DNA from: an uncultured virus (IMG/VR IMGVR_UViG_3300050821_011652)
Lineage: Duplodnaviria > Heunggongvirae > Uroviricota > Caudoviricetes
Virus record (IMG/VR): IMGVR_UViG_3300050821_011652
Reading direction: 5' to 3' (one strand)
DNA length: 64,000 nucleotides
Shown here piece by piece: positions 44,416-54,459 of this stretch (the first letter of the stretch is position 1; every line of letters starts with the position of its first letter). Both the position numbers and the translations under genes were made by a program. The notes beneath the pieces were generated by a model. It did no database searches and was not told the DNA's origin. It worked only from the letters and a program-made list of their open reading frames with translations.

Positions 44416-45989
44416 AGGACGGCCGCACTCAACGGCACGATTTCCTGCACTGTGACTTCCGACCACGGGTACGGATCCGAAACCGAGATAGTGAATGGTG
44501 TCATTTCGTTTAGATTCAACTGAGGTTGAGCAGCCGGTTCTGTGGAGGCTACGCCCAACGCGACCAGTTCTTGATTGACCTGAAACAAAGGACCGCCGGA
44601 GGGATCGGCGTTAATAAAGGGGTCGTAGACCTCAAAAAAATGCGCTCCCTCTGTAACACCCCGAGTCAACAGAGCAGGGTATCCTGCGACGTTCGCTACC
44701 AACGGTTGGGCTACGTACGGCAGGATGACCGATGAGAGATTTATCACGTCTCCCTGATAAATCTCGAACCAGCCAGGAGTGACCGTGGGGTAGGGTTGAT
44801 TGGACAGGTACTCCTGCGCCAGGACCATGATCTTTTTGAGAACGTCGGCATACCCCAGCGGGTCAGGTACTCCGCCACTGTCGTGCCAAGAGGTGTTTCC
44901 AAAGGCGACCAGTGACTCCTGCATCCCAATAATTACTCTGCCTTGGAACTCGGCCAGAATCGTAAAATTGCTGTTTGTTAAAAGAGCCTGGGCCGGGGGC
45001 GCAATTGTGGAAGTTAATTGATTTTTCTGTATCGCAAATCTCGGGCCATATTTAGTGATGTTGGCCCTTGTGATATGTTCACAAACATAGTTTGGATTGA
45101 CCTGGGTTGCAGTGGGTAAAATTCCGCCAGAGGTAGGATCTAGATTTCCGTTGCGACCAACGGCTAAAGTCATGATAGCGTTGGGAAAAGCGCCCGCGAT
45201 AGTATCGATAGTGGCCTGGACCGTGTTGATTATACGAGTGGAGGTATACAAATAAATTCGGGAGACCAGATTGTTAATATCCGAGACGGTAACAAGACTG
45301 CCCGCTAGAATCGTACCGGAAGAGGCGTTCCCGGCGGTGCCTAAATTTGTTAGTTGGACACTAGTGGGGTGACTTTGAGGACCGTTGACATCGGTAGCTT
45401 GGAAAAAACCAAAGCCGGTGATGTATCCGATTGACCCCGCAAAGACCGGCTGGTTCGGCTGTGGGACGACAGTAACCGTTGCCCCGTAAGCCGGGCAAGT
45501 CACATTCGCGGATATATTCCAGGTAGAGGTTCCGTTTGGTATTCCCCAATCTCCAGAATGGGTAACGGCTATTTCGATTGCGATTACTTTGAGGCTGTTA
45601 TTTGCCCCGTATCGCGCGCCAACAGCCTGATACATTGCTTGCAGATAGGGGTTCACCACCGGGTCCCACCAGACCCAGAGAGTCTGCCCCTGACTATCGG
45701 TGTAAGACTGCATCCCTGGTAACTGGAATAGCCATCCCGGCGCCCCGTTTTGTACGAGAACCCTAAGCAGAATTCCTTTACCGGCCGTCGTCACTCTGCC
45801 GATTTCTGAATCGAGATAAGACCAGTCGTAGCTGGGATCGGTGGGGTTGTTTGTCGGACCTCCCGTGGGTTCCAGGGGTTGCAGGCCGCCCCAAGCGGAG
45901 CGGATACTAACCCACTGGTTAACCGAGCTAGGAGCTAGTACCGCCGCGTCGCAGGGCACTCCGACATCGCCTAAAGAGGATACAATCAT
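44412..45989 (-). CDS. Virion-associated clan GH-A-like glycoside hydrolase
   Basis: W..L.P...YDWSYLD...GKGILLRV...PGW...WWDP...GARY. Confidence 0.6.
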   Translation of the reverse strand: MIVSSLGDVGVPCDAAVLAPSSVNQWVSIRSAWGGLQPLEPTGGPTNNPTDPSYDWSYLDSEIGRVTTAGKGILLRVLVQNGAPGWLFQLPGMQSYTDSQGQTLWVWWDPVVNPYLQAMYQAVGARYGANNSLKVIAIEIAVTHSGDWGIPNGTSTWNISANVTCPAYGATVTVVPQPNQPVFAGSIGYITGFGFFQATDVNGPQSHPTSVQLTNLGTAGNASSGTILAGSLVTVSDINNLVSRIYLYTSTRIINTVQATIDTIAGAFPNAIMTLAVGRNGNLDPTSGGILPTATQVNPNYVCEHITRANITKYGPRFAIQKNQLTSTIAPPAQALLTNSNFTILAEFQGRVIIGMQESLVAFGNTSWHDSGGVPDPLGYADVLKKIMVLAQEYLSNQPYPTVTPGWFEIYQGDVINLSSVILPYVAQPLVANVAGYPALLTRGVTEGAHFFEVYDPFINADPSGGPLFQVNQELVALGVASTEPAAQPQLNLNEMTPFTISVSDPYPWSEVTVQEIVPLSAAVL

Positions 45990-48121
45990 GGGACGGAAGT
46001 GGAATACGGCCAGCGTGGGGATACGCCGTTAGGATGGTTGTTATACTGCTTAAAAAGGGAGTAGGCCGGCACGTCATTCGAGAGCACCGCGCCAGTTAGA
46101 TAGTTCCACTTGAGTCCTACCTGGTTACCTAATAGAGAGGCAAGAGATGCGAACGCGGATTCAGCTACCAAGATGTTTTTAAAGCCGGAGCTTGGCGGAT
46201 AAAAATTCACGACGATCGGAGTCTGAGTAAATGACGCTTTGTACAGGGCCCCAATCTGATGGACAGATTGAGCCCACAAATTTACCCCGCTTACTCCGCC
46301 AACAGTGATTGCGGCTAATGCATTGTCATCAGCGACCGAGGTACAAAAGGAAAATGAATCGAGCCACCCTACACCTGAGAAGATGATGTAGGCGAGATTT
46401 GGAGAACTATCATACCTAGCAGCTAAAGCCGATAGAAACGTGGTCAGAATGCTCTGATACACTGGATCCCAAGGGGCAGGGATTGCACCGTGGTTTGCGT
46501 TAGGAACAGTCGCAAACCCCGTAGCCCAGCTGGGTGTAGCGAAACCCATCCCAACAGAGATCGAATACCGCTTTCCCGTTGAGACAGCCTTAACATTAAT
46601 TAGATCGAGGTAGGTCCAATTGTAGGAAGTAGATCTAGTTGGCTGGATATCTGACCATTTTACCCGAGCCGCGTATCCAGAAATGGCAGGATTAGCCCAT
46701 GAAGGATCAAGAGCCGGGTTAACGCCCAAGGTCATCTCGGAGTAATCGCCGAGCCGAAAAATACCCCATAAAGCCGGCTTCGTAGGAACGGAATAGGCAA
46801 AACTAGGCAAATTAAGAATATCCTGTTCGTAAGTTTCCAGGACGCCGACCCCGTAATTTTGGGCAGCTACTATCGTTTTATTAAAAACCGGAACAGGATC
46901 GTTGTATGGTATCCCCCCGTTTGCGGTATAGGGACCAAGGGCCGACGCCGTGGTAGTGGGGCTGTACAACCCCGTTGGGTCAAAACACTCCCAAGCAAAC
47001 TGACCGTAGGAAAGCGAGTTGACTGGAATAGTTCCGCTTGTCCCGCTTGTGTTAGAGGAACCTGGTATGCACTGGGCTTGCAGATAAAAAGTACTTCCGT
47101 CTTGAGCCGCTAAAGCTACGGATGGGGGTGGAGTCGTTGACTCAAAAATATCTTTCTCAATCGCGAACTGGCCGAATGGGATATTGGCGTAACCCCACTG
47201 GGCTATCTGAGTTGCTGCGTTAAACTGATAAGTGGTTGCTCCTGGGTATGGGTCGAGAGTCCCACTTCTTCCGACTTCCTGGTCAATGACCTGAGTTGGA
47301 AAAGCGGCGTGAGCGGCTGACAAGATGTTAGTAACAGCTGTCACGAAATTCGCCGTGGTGTATCCGTACACGGGTCCCTGGAGAGTTCCAATATCACTTA
47401 CCTGCATAATAGCAGTACTGGGCACTGTGCCAGAACTCGCATTCCCGCTAGTCCCTAAGTTTAACAAAGTAACTGTGCTCGGGTTACTGGTAGGCCCAGT
47501 CCAACCAGAAATCTGGAACCATCCGAATCCTGTAATAAAGACGACCCATTGTCCGTGAATTTGCTGGTTAGCAATAGGTGAAACAATAACATGGGAACCA
47601 TAAGCGGGGCATGTAAAAGGTGCCGAAATCTGCCAGTTGGCTGCGCCAGTTGGGCTGCTAGAAGCTGGGGTAAAAGGCATTGCCCAGTCGCCTACGTTAT
47701 CTGCCGCGATGTTACAGGTAAAGACGGCGACTAAAGGATTGCCAGAATACCGAGCACCCATAGCCTGAATCGCCGCTATCAAATACGCCTGGAATTGCGT
47801 GTCCCACCAGACGTTAATAGCTTCGCCGTCAGTGTCGACATATTGCTGAGCTAACGCCCGCAACCAGCTCGGGCTACTAGCGCCTTGAGGAACGATTCGC
47901 AACCAAGCTTTTTTGCTGTAGGCAGCAGCCTGGGCTACTGCTGCGTCGAAAAAACTCCAGTTGAAACTGGGATCACTTGGATTGCTAGCGGGACCTCCGA
48001 CAGGCTGATTGGGTTGGAATTGCCCCCATGGTAGGCGGTAGCTAACCATTCCCACCTGACTATTGGCGATCGCGGCCGGGGCAGCCAGAGCGCCTGATTT
48101 CGGTAAGTCCGAAATGATCAT
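45986..48121 (-). CDS. Virion-associated protein with two GH-A-like modules
   Basis: Module 1 FNWSFFD...WWD...GARY; module 2 YNWTYLD...PWDP...ARY. Confidence 0.6.
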   Translation of the reverse strand: MIISDLPKSGALAAPAAIANSQVGMVSYRLPWGQFQPNQPVGGPASNPSDPSFNWSFFDAAVAQAAAYSKKAWLRIVPQGASSPSWLRALAQQYVDTDGEAINVWWDTQFQAYLIAAIQAMGARYSGNPLVAVFTCNIAADNVGDWAMPFTPASSSPTGAANWQISAPFTCPAYGSHVIVSPIANQQIHGQWVVFITGFGWFQISGWTGPTSNPSTVTLLNLGTSGNASSGTVPSTAIMQVSDIGTLQGPVYGYTTANFVTAVTNILSAAHAAFPTQVIDQEVGRSGTLDPYPGATTYQFNAATQIAQWGYANIPFGQFAIEKDIFESTTPPPSVALAAQDGSTFYLQAQCIPGSSNTSGTSGTIPVNSLSYGQFAWECFDPTGLYSPTTTASALGPYTANGGIPYNDPVPVFNKTIVAAQNYGVGVLETYEQDILNLPSFAYSVPTKPALWGIFRLGDYSEMTLGVNPALDPSWANPAISGYAARVKWSDIQPTRSTSYNWTYLDLINVKAVSTGKRYSISVGMGFATPSWATGFATVPNANHGAIPAPWDPVYQSILTTFLSALAARYDSSPNLAYIIFSGVGWLDSFSFCTSVADDNALAAITVGGVSGVNLWAQSVHQIGALYKASFTQTPIVVNFYPPSSGFKNILVAESAFASLASLLGNQVGLKWNYLTGAVLSNDVPAYSLFKQYNNHPNGVSPRWPYSTSVP

Positions 48122-48513
48122 ATCAGCGGCACAGGCGAAACCAAGACCTTAAAGGACCCGGCCAGAATCGTATACGTCTCGGCCGCGTCGGTTTTTGCCT
48201 TGATCTGAAAGGTATAGTCGCCGGGCTGGAGACCGGAAGTTTGGGTCTGCAGTAGTTTGAACCGTGTCTGCTTTAGGGGCAGAGTTGAATCATATCCCCA
48301 GGTCGTTGCTAACACGTTGGACCCAAAGTTGGGAAGAGTTCCGGACGCGATAAACCCGTCATTTAGCCCGGAGTTGGCCGCCCTCTGGCACGCGAAAGCG
48401 TACTGGAACTGAGTGAAATCGAAAGTGTAGTTGGGTAACGGGGTGATCTGAATCAACCAGTCGACCGTGTCGCCTTGAATGATGGTTGCGCTGTGACCTG
48501 TGACATTGACCAT
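48118..48513 (-). CDS. BppU-like small tail protein
   Basis: IIQGDT...TSGLQPGDY.FQI...TILAGSFKV. Confidence 0.5.
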   Translation of the reverse strand: MVNVTGHSATIIQGDTVDWLIQITPLPNYTFDFTQFQYAFACQRAANSGLNDGFIASGTLPNFGSNVLATTWGYDSTLPLKQTRFKLLQTQTSGLQPGDYTFQIKAKTDAAETYTILAGSFKVLVSPVPLI

Positions 48514-48516
48514 AAG

Positions 48517-50397
48517 TTACCTAGGTTGTATTACTCGCCGCGGCCCGAAGCCTCGAAGTTGAACATTGAGTTGTTGAGCCGAACCACCGCGAGAATTTTT
48601 CAATTGGTCATTCAGGATCTGGACCGCTTTCTTTTCCAAAACCAACGACTTATCGAGTTGAGGGTCAGTTGCATTTTCCATCGCGATTGCCTGGACCATG
48701 GTTTTGATGGCGCCGTAATTGTGGATCACAAGGAAGTCGGACGGCATATGAACCCACGACGGTTTTAGTTTGAGCTGACAATTCACAACCGTTTGTGGGT
48801 CAAAGTTATGCCCTAGCCCAGCGACAAAATAGCGATGGAAGGTAGGAGAAACATCCGTGGGTTGGAGGATGGCAAGCACCTGATGGTCCACCGATTGCAG
48901 GGTAATAAATCCAACAGTCAGTCCCTTCTGAAGGTTTGTGACCTTGGAGAAATTGGTAACACTTGAGCCCCCCGTTGGTACCGACTCGACTGCCGGAATG
49001 CCGTCCTGATCCAGGCCCGTGATTGTGATCGCGGTTCCGGGCACCTCTGTCCCGGACGAGATGACGGTGACTTGAGAGGTCTCGGTGAGATCAAAGAAGG
49101 TCGGGCCGTATCCCCGATCGATTACGTTAACCTCAGAGTATGAATTGTTGGTAGTCAGCCCCGGCCCGTTCTCCGTCGCCTCAAACCATTGGTTGCGAAT
49201 AAGGAATGGGTGCCGGCCGATGTGGGCGGTCAATATCGACTCAGCCATTGAGGGCAGAACGATGTATCCATTCTCATATATCTGGAGATTGAACTGGCCT
49301 ACCGTCGCCCGCCAGTGGCCCTGACTAACTAGACGCTCCTGTGCCTCGTTGACGATCCGAGTGATGGTGCGCAAACCCACCTTTAAAAGGTTGGGGAGTT
49401 CTAACGCTAATCTTGCGCGTACATGGCCCAATTGAGCGAACGAGTAGGTTTGCTCATCGACCAATAATTGAGCCTTCCGGGTCGTAGTCCTCGAGGGGTC
49501 AAGCTGGTAATTCTTGGCCTCCATCTTGAGCATCTCGACCGCCTGCTTGTGGTAAAGCTCAGCGCCTTGCAAGTCGCTCGACAACTGCCTTTCGATCGAC
49601 AACACCTCTAGCTTCAACGCTGAGATATTGGGGATGATCAAGAGGTCCGACATGTTTTGGACGTAAACAAACCGCTTTTTCCCTGTTACCCGGATGATGA
49701 CAGGAGTGCCGTCTGAGTTAGATGGGATGTCACTGCAGAAATATCGGCGGTAAGAAGGATTGGTTTCACTCGGTTCGTAACGCGCGATGAGGACTTCATC
49801 GAGTGTCGTCGGATCGACGGCGTAGAGAGACACTGGCCCGTTGGTCTGTGGCTTTTGGATTCCTGTAACCTGGTTAAACTGCTGGATGCTTAAACTTCCA
49901 GCCGTTGTAATAGGCAGTAGAATTCCGGCCTGGTATTGAGGTTGCGCGGAATAGAGCTGGGCGTTGTTCTGGTCGTACCCGAGGATGCGGAGAAAAGCAT
50001 CTGTCTCTCCCACGTCGGAATAGACTTTCAGAAACTGGGCGCCGCACACGTCGAAAGAGGTCGGGACCTCTCCCATATCTACCAAAGCGATATCATTAAT
50101 CGCTTCTGGGTCGACGTAGCCCGACTGGCTCTCAACCGAGTACCACCCATTGGGAACATCAAGCCGGGAATCCGGAATGTAAAAATCGATGGCATTCTCA
50201 AGAATTCGGGGAAGCGTGAAGCATTGTTGACGGGCGCAGATCCGCACATCCGCGATCATGCCAACGAACAAGCCCTCGGACATAAGACGACGAGTGGCAT
50301 CATTTATCCGGGGAATTATTCTGGCGTCGGAGGTCTGGACACCGTTTCCGACGACCTCCGCTATTGCATATACTGCATCTGCCACTGTTGCGCTCAT
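48517..50397 (-). CDS. Tail adaptor/tubular protein A-like, internally duplicated
   Basis: Two repeats: IND(E)A..RL...G...LP...E...P.Y/F.RYF...DLLI/DFLVI...A.K. Confidence 0.55.
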   Translation of the reverse strand: MSATVADAVYAIAEVVGNGVQTSDARIIPRINDATRRLMSEGLFVGMIADVRICARQQCFTLPRILENAIDFYIPDSRLDVPNGWYSVESQSGYVDPEAINDIALVDMGEVPTSFDVCGAQFLKVYSDVGETDAFLRILGYDQNNAQLYSAQPQYQAGILLPITTAGSLSIQQFNQVTGIQKPQTNGPVSLYAVDPTTLDEVLIARYEPSETNPSYRRYFCSDIPSNSDGTPVIIRVTGKKRFVYVQNMSDLLIIPNISALKLEVLSIERQLSSDLQGAELYHKQAVEMLKMEAKNYQLDPSRTTTRKAQLLVDEQTYSFAQLGHVRARLALELPNLLKVGLRTITRIVNEAQERLVSQGHWRATVGQFNLQIYENGYIVLPSMAESILTAHIGRHPFLIRNQWFEATENGPGLTTNNSYSEVNVIDRGYGPTFFDLTETSQVTVISSGTEVPGTAITITGLDQDGIPAVESVPTGGSSVTNFSKVTNLQKGLTVGFITLQSVDHQVLAILQPTDVSPTFHRYFVAGLGHNFDPQTVVNCQLKLKPSWVHMPSDFLVIHNYGAIKTMVQAIAMENATDPQLDKSLVLEKKAVQILNDQLKNSRGGSAQQLNVQLRGFGPRRVIQPR

Positions 50398-50434
50398 AGT
50401 ACGGACTCAATCTATTCCATATTCATACCCGACG

Positions 50435-51151
50435 CTAGCAGGGCCCTTTCCTCCACATAACGTACCCCTGCGCGATGAAAGGAGGGAGAAGCGATACCGG
50501 CGTTTGCGGCCCTGTTCCTACGGCGGCTATGCTGTAGGTGTAGTTGTCGGCTCCTCCGCCCTGAGGATAAGCATACTGCTGCGGTGATCCGATCTGAAAT
50601 CCATCATGAAAGGGGCAAAAAGAGGTAAGGACAGGAATATTGTAGAGCTGAATTGTCAGACTCGCATTCCCACCAGAGGTGACGCCGTTGTTAAGGTTGT
50701 CAAAATAGGCCAGGAACTGACCGCTAACCGCCTGCCCAGAACAAATAAACTTGTCAAGCATGTTGGGCGTGCCATTACTTCCGTTGCACAATGCCCACCC
50801 GGTCCATTCCGCGGTAGTTATGCCTAGGCCCGTCGTATCAAAATAAAGCGTCGGATCTCCGCAGAACATCCGGATCTCCCCTGGTAACCCCGTGATCACC
50901 GGGTACCAGGCTAGCGCACACGTGTTCCACCTGTACCACCCCAAAGGAATCCCACAAGGGGAGGTCCGTAGCCACACTTTGCTCTGATCCTCCGTTACCG
51001 GATTGTTCGGACCCACTACAACAAGCTGAGAATCTTGCGTAATCGAGTAAGAGGTATAAGTCGCAACCGTGTTGAGCGCCTCCTGAATGGTCAACGGAGG
51101 AGGGTTCGTCCGAGGAATCGCGTCTGGGTCGGCTATTACCGGAGTAGGCAT
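50435..51151 (-). CDS. Tail collar/fibre protein, paralog 1
   Basis: GWALCNGSNGTPNMLDKF...LPPFIA. Confidence 0.7.
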   Translation of the reverse strand: MPTPVIADPDAIPRTNPPPLTIQEALNTVATYTSYSITQDSQLVVVGPNNPVTEDQSKVWLRTSPCGIPLGWYRWNTCALAWYPVITGLPGEIRMFCGDPTLYFDTTGLGITTAEWTGWALCNGSNGTPNMLDKFICSGQAVSGQFLAYFDNLNNGVTSGGNASLTIQLYNIPVLTSFCPFHDGFQIGSPQQYAYPQGGGADNYTYSIAAVGTGPQTPVSLLPPFIAQGYVMWRKGPC

Positions 51152-51153
51152 AA

Positions 51154-51927
51154 TTAAGAGTATCCGATAAACATTGCAAGCCCCACCGCTATGTACGGGG
51201 GCACAGGGGAGATCCCCGGTTGTTGTCCCACACCTGTATTAACCCCGTTAACAAAAGTTTCACCTGTTGTTCCCCCCGGATTCGGGCTGCCGCTAGGAAC
51301 TGATAACGCATAGAACTGAGAACCTCCCATTATTACACTATTAGTGAGCGGTATCGAACAATTGATCGCCGGAAGATTGTACACTTGCAGCAGTGTCGAC
51401 GCAGCGCCACCTGTCGTTGCTCCCACCGTTGTGGTAACGCCCGCCGTAGTTTGCGGCGCCGGGTTTACTAGAACCGTATACCAACCGAAAGCGCTCTGCG
51501 CGTAGTTACCCGAAAGAACGAATTGGTTCCGTAAATCCTGAGTACCATTCTGCCCGTTAGCTATAGCCCACCCGTCCCAGCGAGTGCCTACTAACCCTAA
51601 CCCAGTTGAATCAAAATCAGAATAAGGCTGCCCGAAAAAATACCGAAGCTCGAATGGGAGCCCCGAGTAGAGCAACCTCCACGATCCATTATAAAAGAAA
51701 AACGCCCCCTGTGGTCGCCCAAAAGAATCAAGCTGAAACTTCACCTTATTCTGGTTATCAGCTGCGCCGGCCCCAGGCGAGGACACGCTAATACAAAATC
51801 GATAGTCGGCGGGTAGAAAGTAGAGAGTGTACTTGGCACATGCCGCAACGAAAGAATCCACATCCTCGGGCGGAAAAATCAGATCCGTGGGATAAATTAG
51901 AGGTTGAGCAAGAACAGAAATACTCAT
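51154..51927 (-). CDS. Tail collar/fibre protein, paralog 2
   Basis: GWAIANGQNGTQDLRNQF...PPYIA. Confidence 0.7.
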   Translation of the reverse strand: MSISVLAQPLIYPTDLIFPPEDVDSFVAACAKYTLYFLPADYRFCISVSSPGAGAADNQNKVKFQLDSFGRPQGAFFFYNGSWRLLYSGLPFELRYFFGQPYSDFDSTGLGLVGTRWDGWAIANGQNGTQDLRNQFVLSGNYAQSAFGWYTVLVNPAPQTTAGVTTTVGATTGGAASTLLQVYNLPAINCSIPLTNSVIMGGSQFYALSVPSGSPNPGGTTGETFVNGVNTGVGQQPGISPVPPYIAVGLAMFIGYS

Positions 51928-51931
51928 CGCT

Positions 51932-52675
51932 TTAGTATCCTATCCACATCGCTACTCCCATAACAAGATAGGGCGGCAGAGTGTAAATGGGCCTAAACCC
52001 CCCAGCGGAAGCAGGGTCAAACATAACAAGAGGAAGAGAATGCGCCGCGCCCAAACCTGTAGAGGGCCCCGTGTCGGTTGAGAGCACATACTGGTTGTTA
52101 CTCGCCAAAGCTCCAGAAAATTGCTGTTCCAACAAAATCTGCCAAGTAAGCGCCGGCAGGTGTTCTGGGGTCATCGATACCGTCGTTTGGCCTCCGCTAG
52201 CTTTATAGGTACCAGGAATACCTTCTACCGTGGTCAGCCAGGCGCCGTCCGCAAAATTATAGTAAGCGCCCGGGACCAAAAACTTATTGGCCAGGTTCGG
52301 GGTGCCGTTGTTACCGTTACACAACGCGTAGCCATCCCATGGTTGATTAACGATCCCCTTCCCAGTCCCGTCAAAATAACTAGGCCAATAGCCGTAGAAA
52401 TACTTTAGTCCGGTCGCATCCCCTCCTTGAGGAACCGGCCTCCAATGGCCTCCATAATAAGCATACACCCCCACCGGATTGCCAGATCCATCGTCCTTGA
52501 ACCAAACTCCCGACGTATCGTGGGGAGCAGCTGTCCCAGTGTAGATCGAAGTATTACCCTGATCATTCCATTGATAGGTAGTATTCGCGGCCACAATGCG
52601 AAGCAACAGAGGAAAATCCTTCGGCGGGGCACCCGTATAAGGCGCGGGGACTGCATCTATGAAGGTCGGTATCAT
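51932..52675 (-). CDS. Tail collar/fibre protein, paralog 3
   Basis: GYALCNGNNGTPNLANKF...LPPYL. Confidence 0.7.
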   Translation of the reverse strand: MIPTFIDAVPAPYTGAPPKDFPLLLRIVAANTTYQWNDQGNTSIYTGTAAPHDTSGVWFKDDGSGNPVGVYAYYGGHWRPVPQGGDATGLKYFYGYWPSYFDGTGKGIVNQPWDGYALCNGNNGTPNLANKFLVPGAYYNFADGAWLTTVEGIPGTYKASGGQTTVSMTPEHLPALTWQILLEQQFSGALASNNQYVLSTDTGPSTGLGAAHSLPLVMFDPASAGGFRPIYTLPPYLVMGVAMWIGY

Positions 52676-54459
52676 TGATTAGTCTTAAACGCGTCTCCGT
52701 AAATATTGGCTTTCAAGTTCTCCATCAGTTTGCGGCCGAATAACCGAAGCCAGGAAATCGAATATGCCCCCTGAATCTCCAGCTTGACTTGAAATACGTA
52801 GCCCTTGTCCGACATATCTTTACCCGGCACAGGCACCGCCGGAGGTGACGGCCACACTAAGCGGGGCTCTTCGGGCGGAACGAAACGGTTAAACTCAAAC
52901 GCATAAGGGAGATTTCTCTTAGGGGGTGGCGACGGCAGATATTGCGACCGCAAATTTTTCGTGCCCCAGGGGAACCATAACGCGAAGTCGTCAGGACGAT
53001 AAGACGCCTCGACCTCCACATCTCCCTGATATCCGGCAAAACCTATCTGCATTGAAAAGAGCTGCTTCAGCTCCACTTGGGATTTCGCAAAATAGCCAGG
53101 AAATTCAATCAGACTTAAAATCGGCTGATTCGATGACCCATAGTTATCGAATGGATCAGCCAACGAAATCTCGTATAACGCGATCTGACCCTGATCATAA
53201 CAAAACGCGAAACAACGAAGCTGTCCCGCCACCATTCCACTCAGGATCTGAAAAGGTTGAATGCCAGTCCAAAGATCCTCCCACGCCGGGCTCGAATAGG
53301 TGTAGGGGTTGAACTCCGACAACTGCCGTATGCTCGAGATCGGAAAGAAATCTAGTGCCACCATTCCCAGATGATAAATCCCTTGAGGCCCCTTTTGAGG
53401 CATCGCAGTCGCGATCAAACGATTGTCAAAATATACGGCCGATCCCCAAGGCAAAAGCCCCGGACTCTCATCCCGGATCCTGTGAATGATCTCGTTACTC
53501 ATGGTCGTCCGGGGCCATCGCAGCGTTTCCGCCCGGGCCGATCGGAAACTTCTCCAACCGTCCAGAGAACGGAACCACAAGTCCCCATTGACTGAGACAA
53601 TGGACTCGTTTCCAATCGAGCCGCGTTCAGTTAATGCCTGCGTAGCAAAGAGACCGTTCTGCCAAACCGTACGGTCATTCTGCACGTTGTAGCTAGTGGC
53701 GCCCCCGGGCCCAAACGAAAGTAGCGGCCCCTGTCCAGTAGCGGTGTCCTGAGTAGCCAGAAACGCCATGCCTGATATCTCTCCCTGAGATGCGTCCGGC
53801 CCAAAATCTCCGCCGCCGCTAAGTAATTCAGTCTCCGTGAAATTTAGGATTGAGCCGATTTTGGTACCGGAGATATCTCCGGCCCGAATACGCGAATTAC
53901 AAGTCTTAACAAACAACCGTCCCTGTCCAGCGACCATTGCGGTGCCTACCGGAACTTGCGGAGTTCCACCTCCCTGAGACGTATTCACCGCGCGCTTAGC
54001 AACGCCGCCATCATAAATAATCGGTTTCGACTGTCCATCCTGACAAATCAGATAGTTATCGGCCTCACAAAACCACGCTCGCAATTTATTAGACGCGTTC
54101 GGTCCTGCTATCGGGATCCTATCAACAGAGACTGCGTTTGGCTGTAATAAGAAACGAAACAGCTGCCCGCTGATGCTCGCAACTAACATGGGAACGTTAG
54201 AATTTGAGGATGAATAGAAAGCCGCTCTCTGAAATAGCCCTGTCTGCACCGTGGTCTGAGTATTGGGCTTATCAAAAGTCAGAGATATCTTTTTAAACCC
54301 AGGACGGTTCGAGATTTCTCCATTCCTAACAGTAATGTTAGTGCCACGGACAACGTGTTGCGGGGAAACAAGCCGAGGACGCTTCCCGCCGTCGACACCA
54401 AGACCAAAGTTATCGGAGCCATCGACGACTAAGTTCTCTTGATCGCTTTTCCCGGTCAT
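52672..54459 (-). CDS. Tail nozzle/tubular protein B-like
   Basis: N-terminal N.TVR.G..S.RPG; beta-propeller-like composition; size and position. Confidence 0.6.
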   Translation of the reverse strand: MTGKSDQENLVVDGSDNFGLGVDGGKRPRLVSPQHVVRGTNITVRNGEISNRPGFKKISLTFDKPNTQTTVQTGLFQRAAFYSSSNSNVPMLVASISGQLFRFLLQPNAVSVDRIPIAGPNASNKLRAWFCEADNYLICQDGQSKPIIYDGGVAKRAVNTSQGGGTPQVPVGTAMVAGQGRLFVKTCNSRIRAGDISGTKIGSILNFTETELLSGGGDFGPDASQGEISGMAFLATQDTATGQGPLLSFGPGGATSYNVQNDRTVWQNGLFATQALTERGSIGNESIVSVNGDLWFRSLDGWRSFRSARAETLRWPRTTMSNEIIHRIRDESPGLLPWGSAVYFDNRLIATAMPQKGPQGIYHLGMVALDFFPISSIRQLSEFNPYTYSSPAWEDLWTGIQPFQILSGMVAGQLRCFAFCYDQGQIALYEISLADPFDNYGSSNQPILSLIEFPGYFAKSQVELKQLFSMQIGFAGYQGDVEVEASYRPDDFALWFPWGTKNLRSQYLPSPPPKRNLPYAFEFNRFVPPEEPRLVWPSPPAVPVPGKDMSDKGYVFQVKLEIQGAYSISWLRLFGRKLMENLKANIYGDAFKTNQ

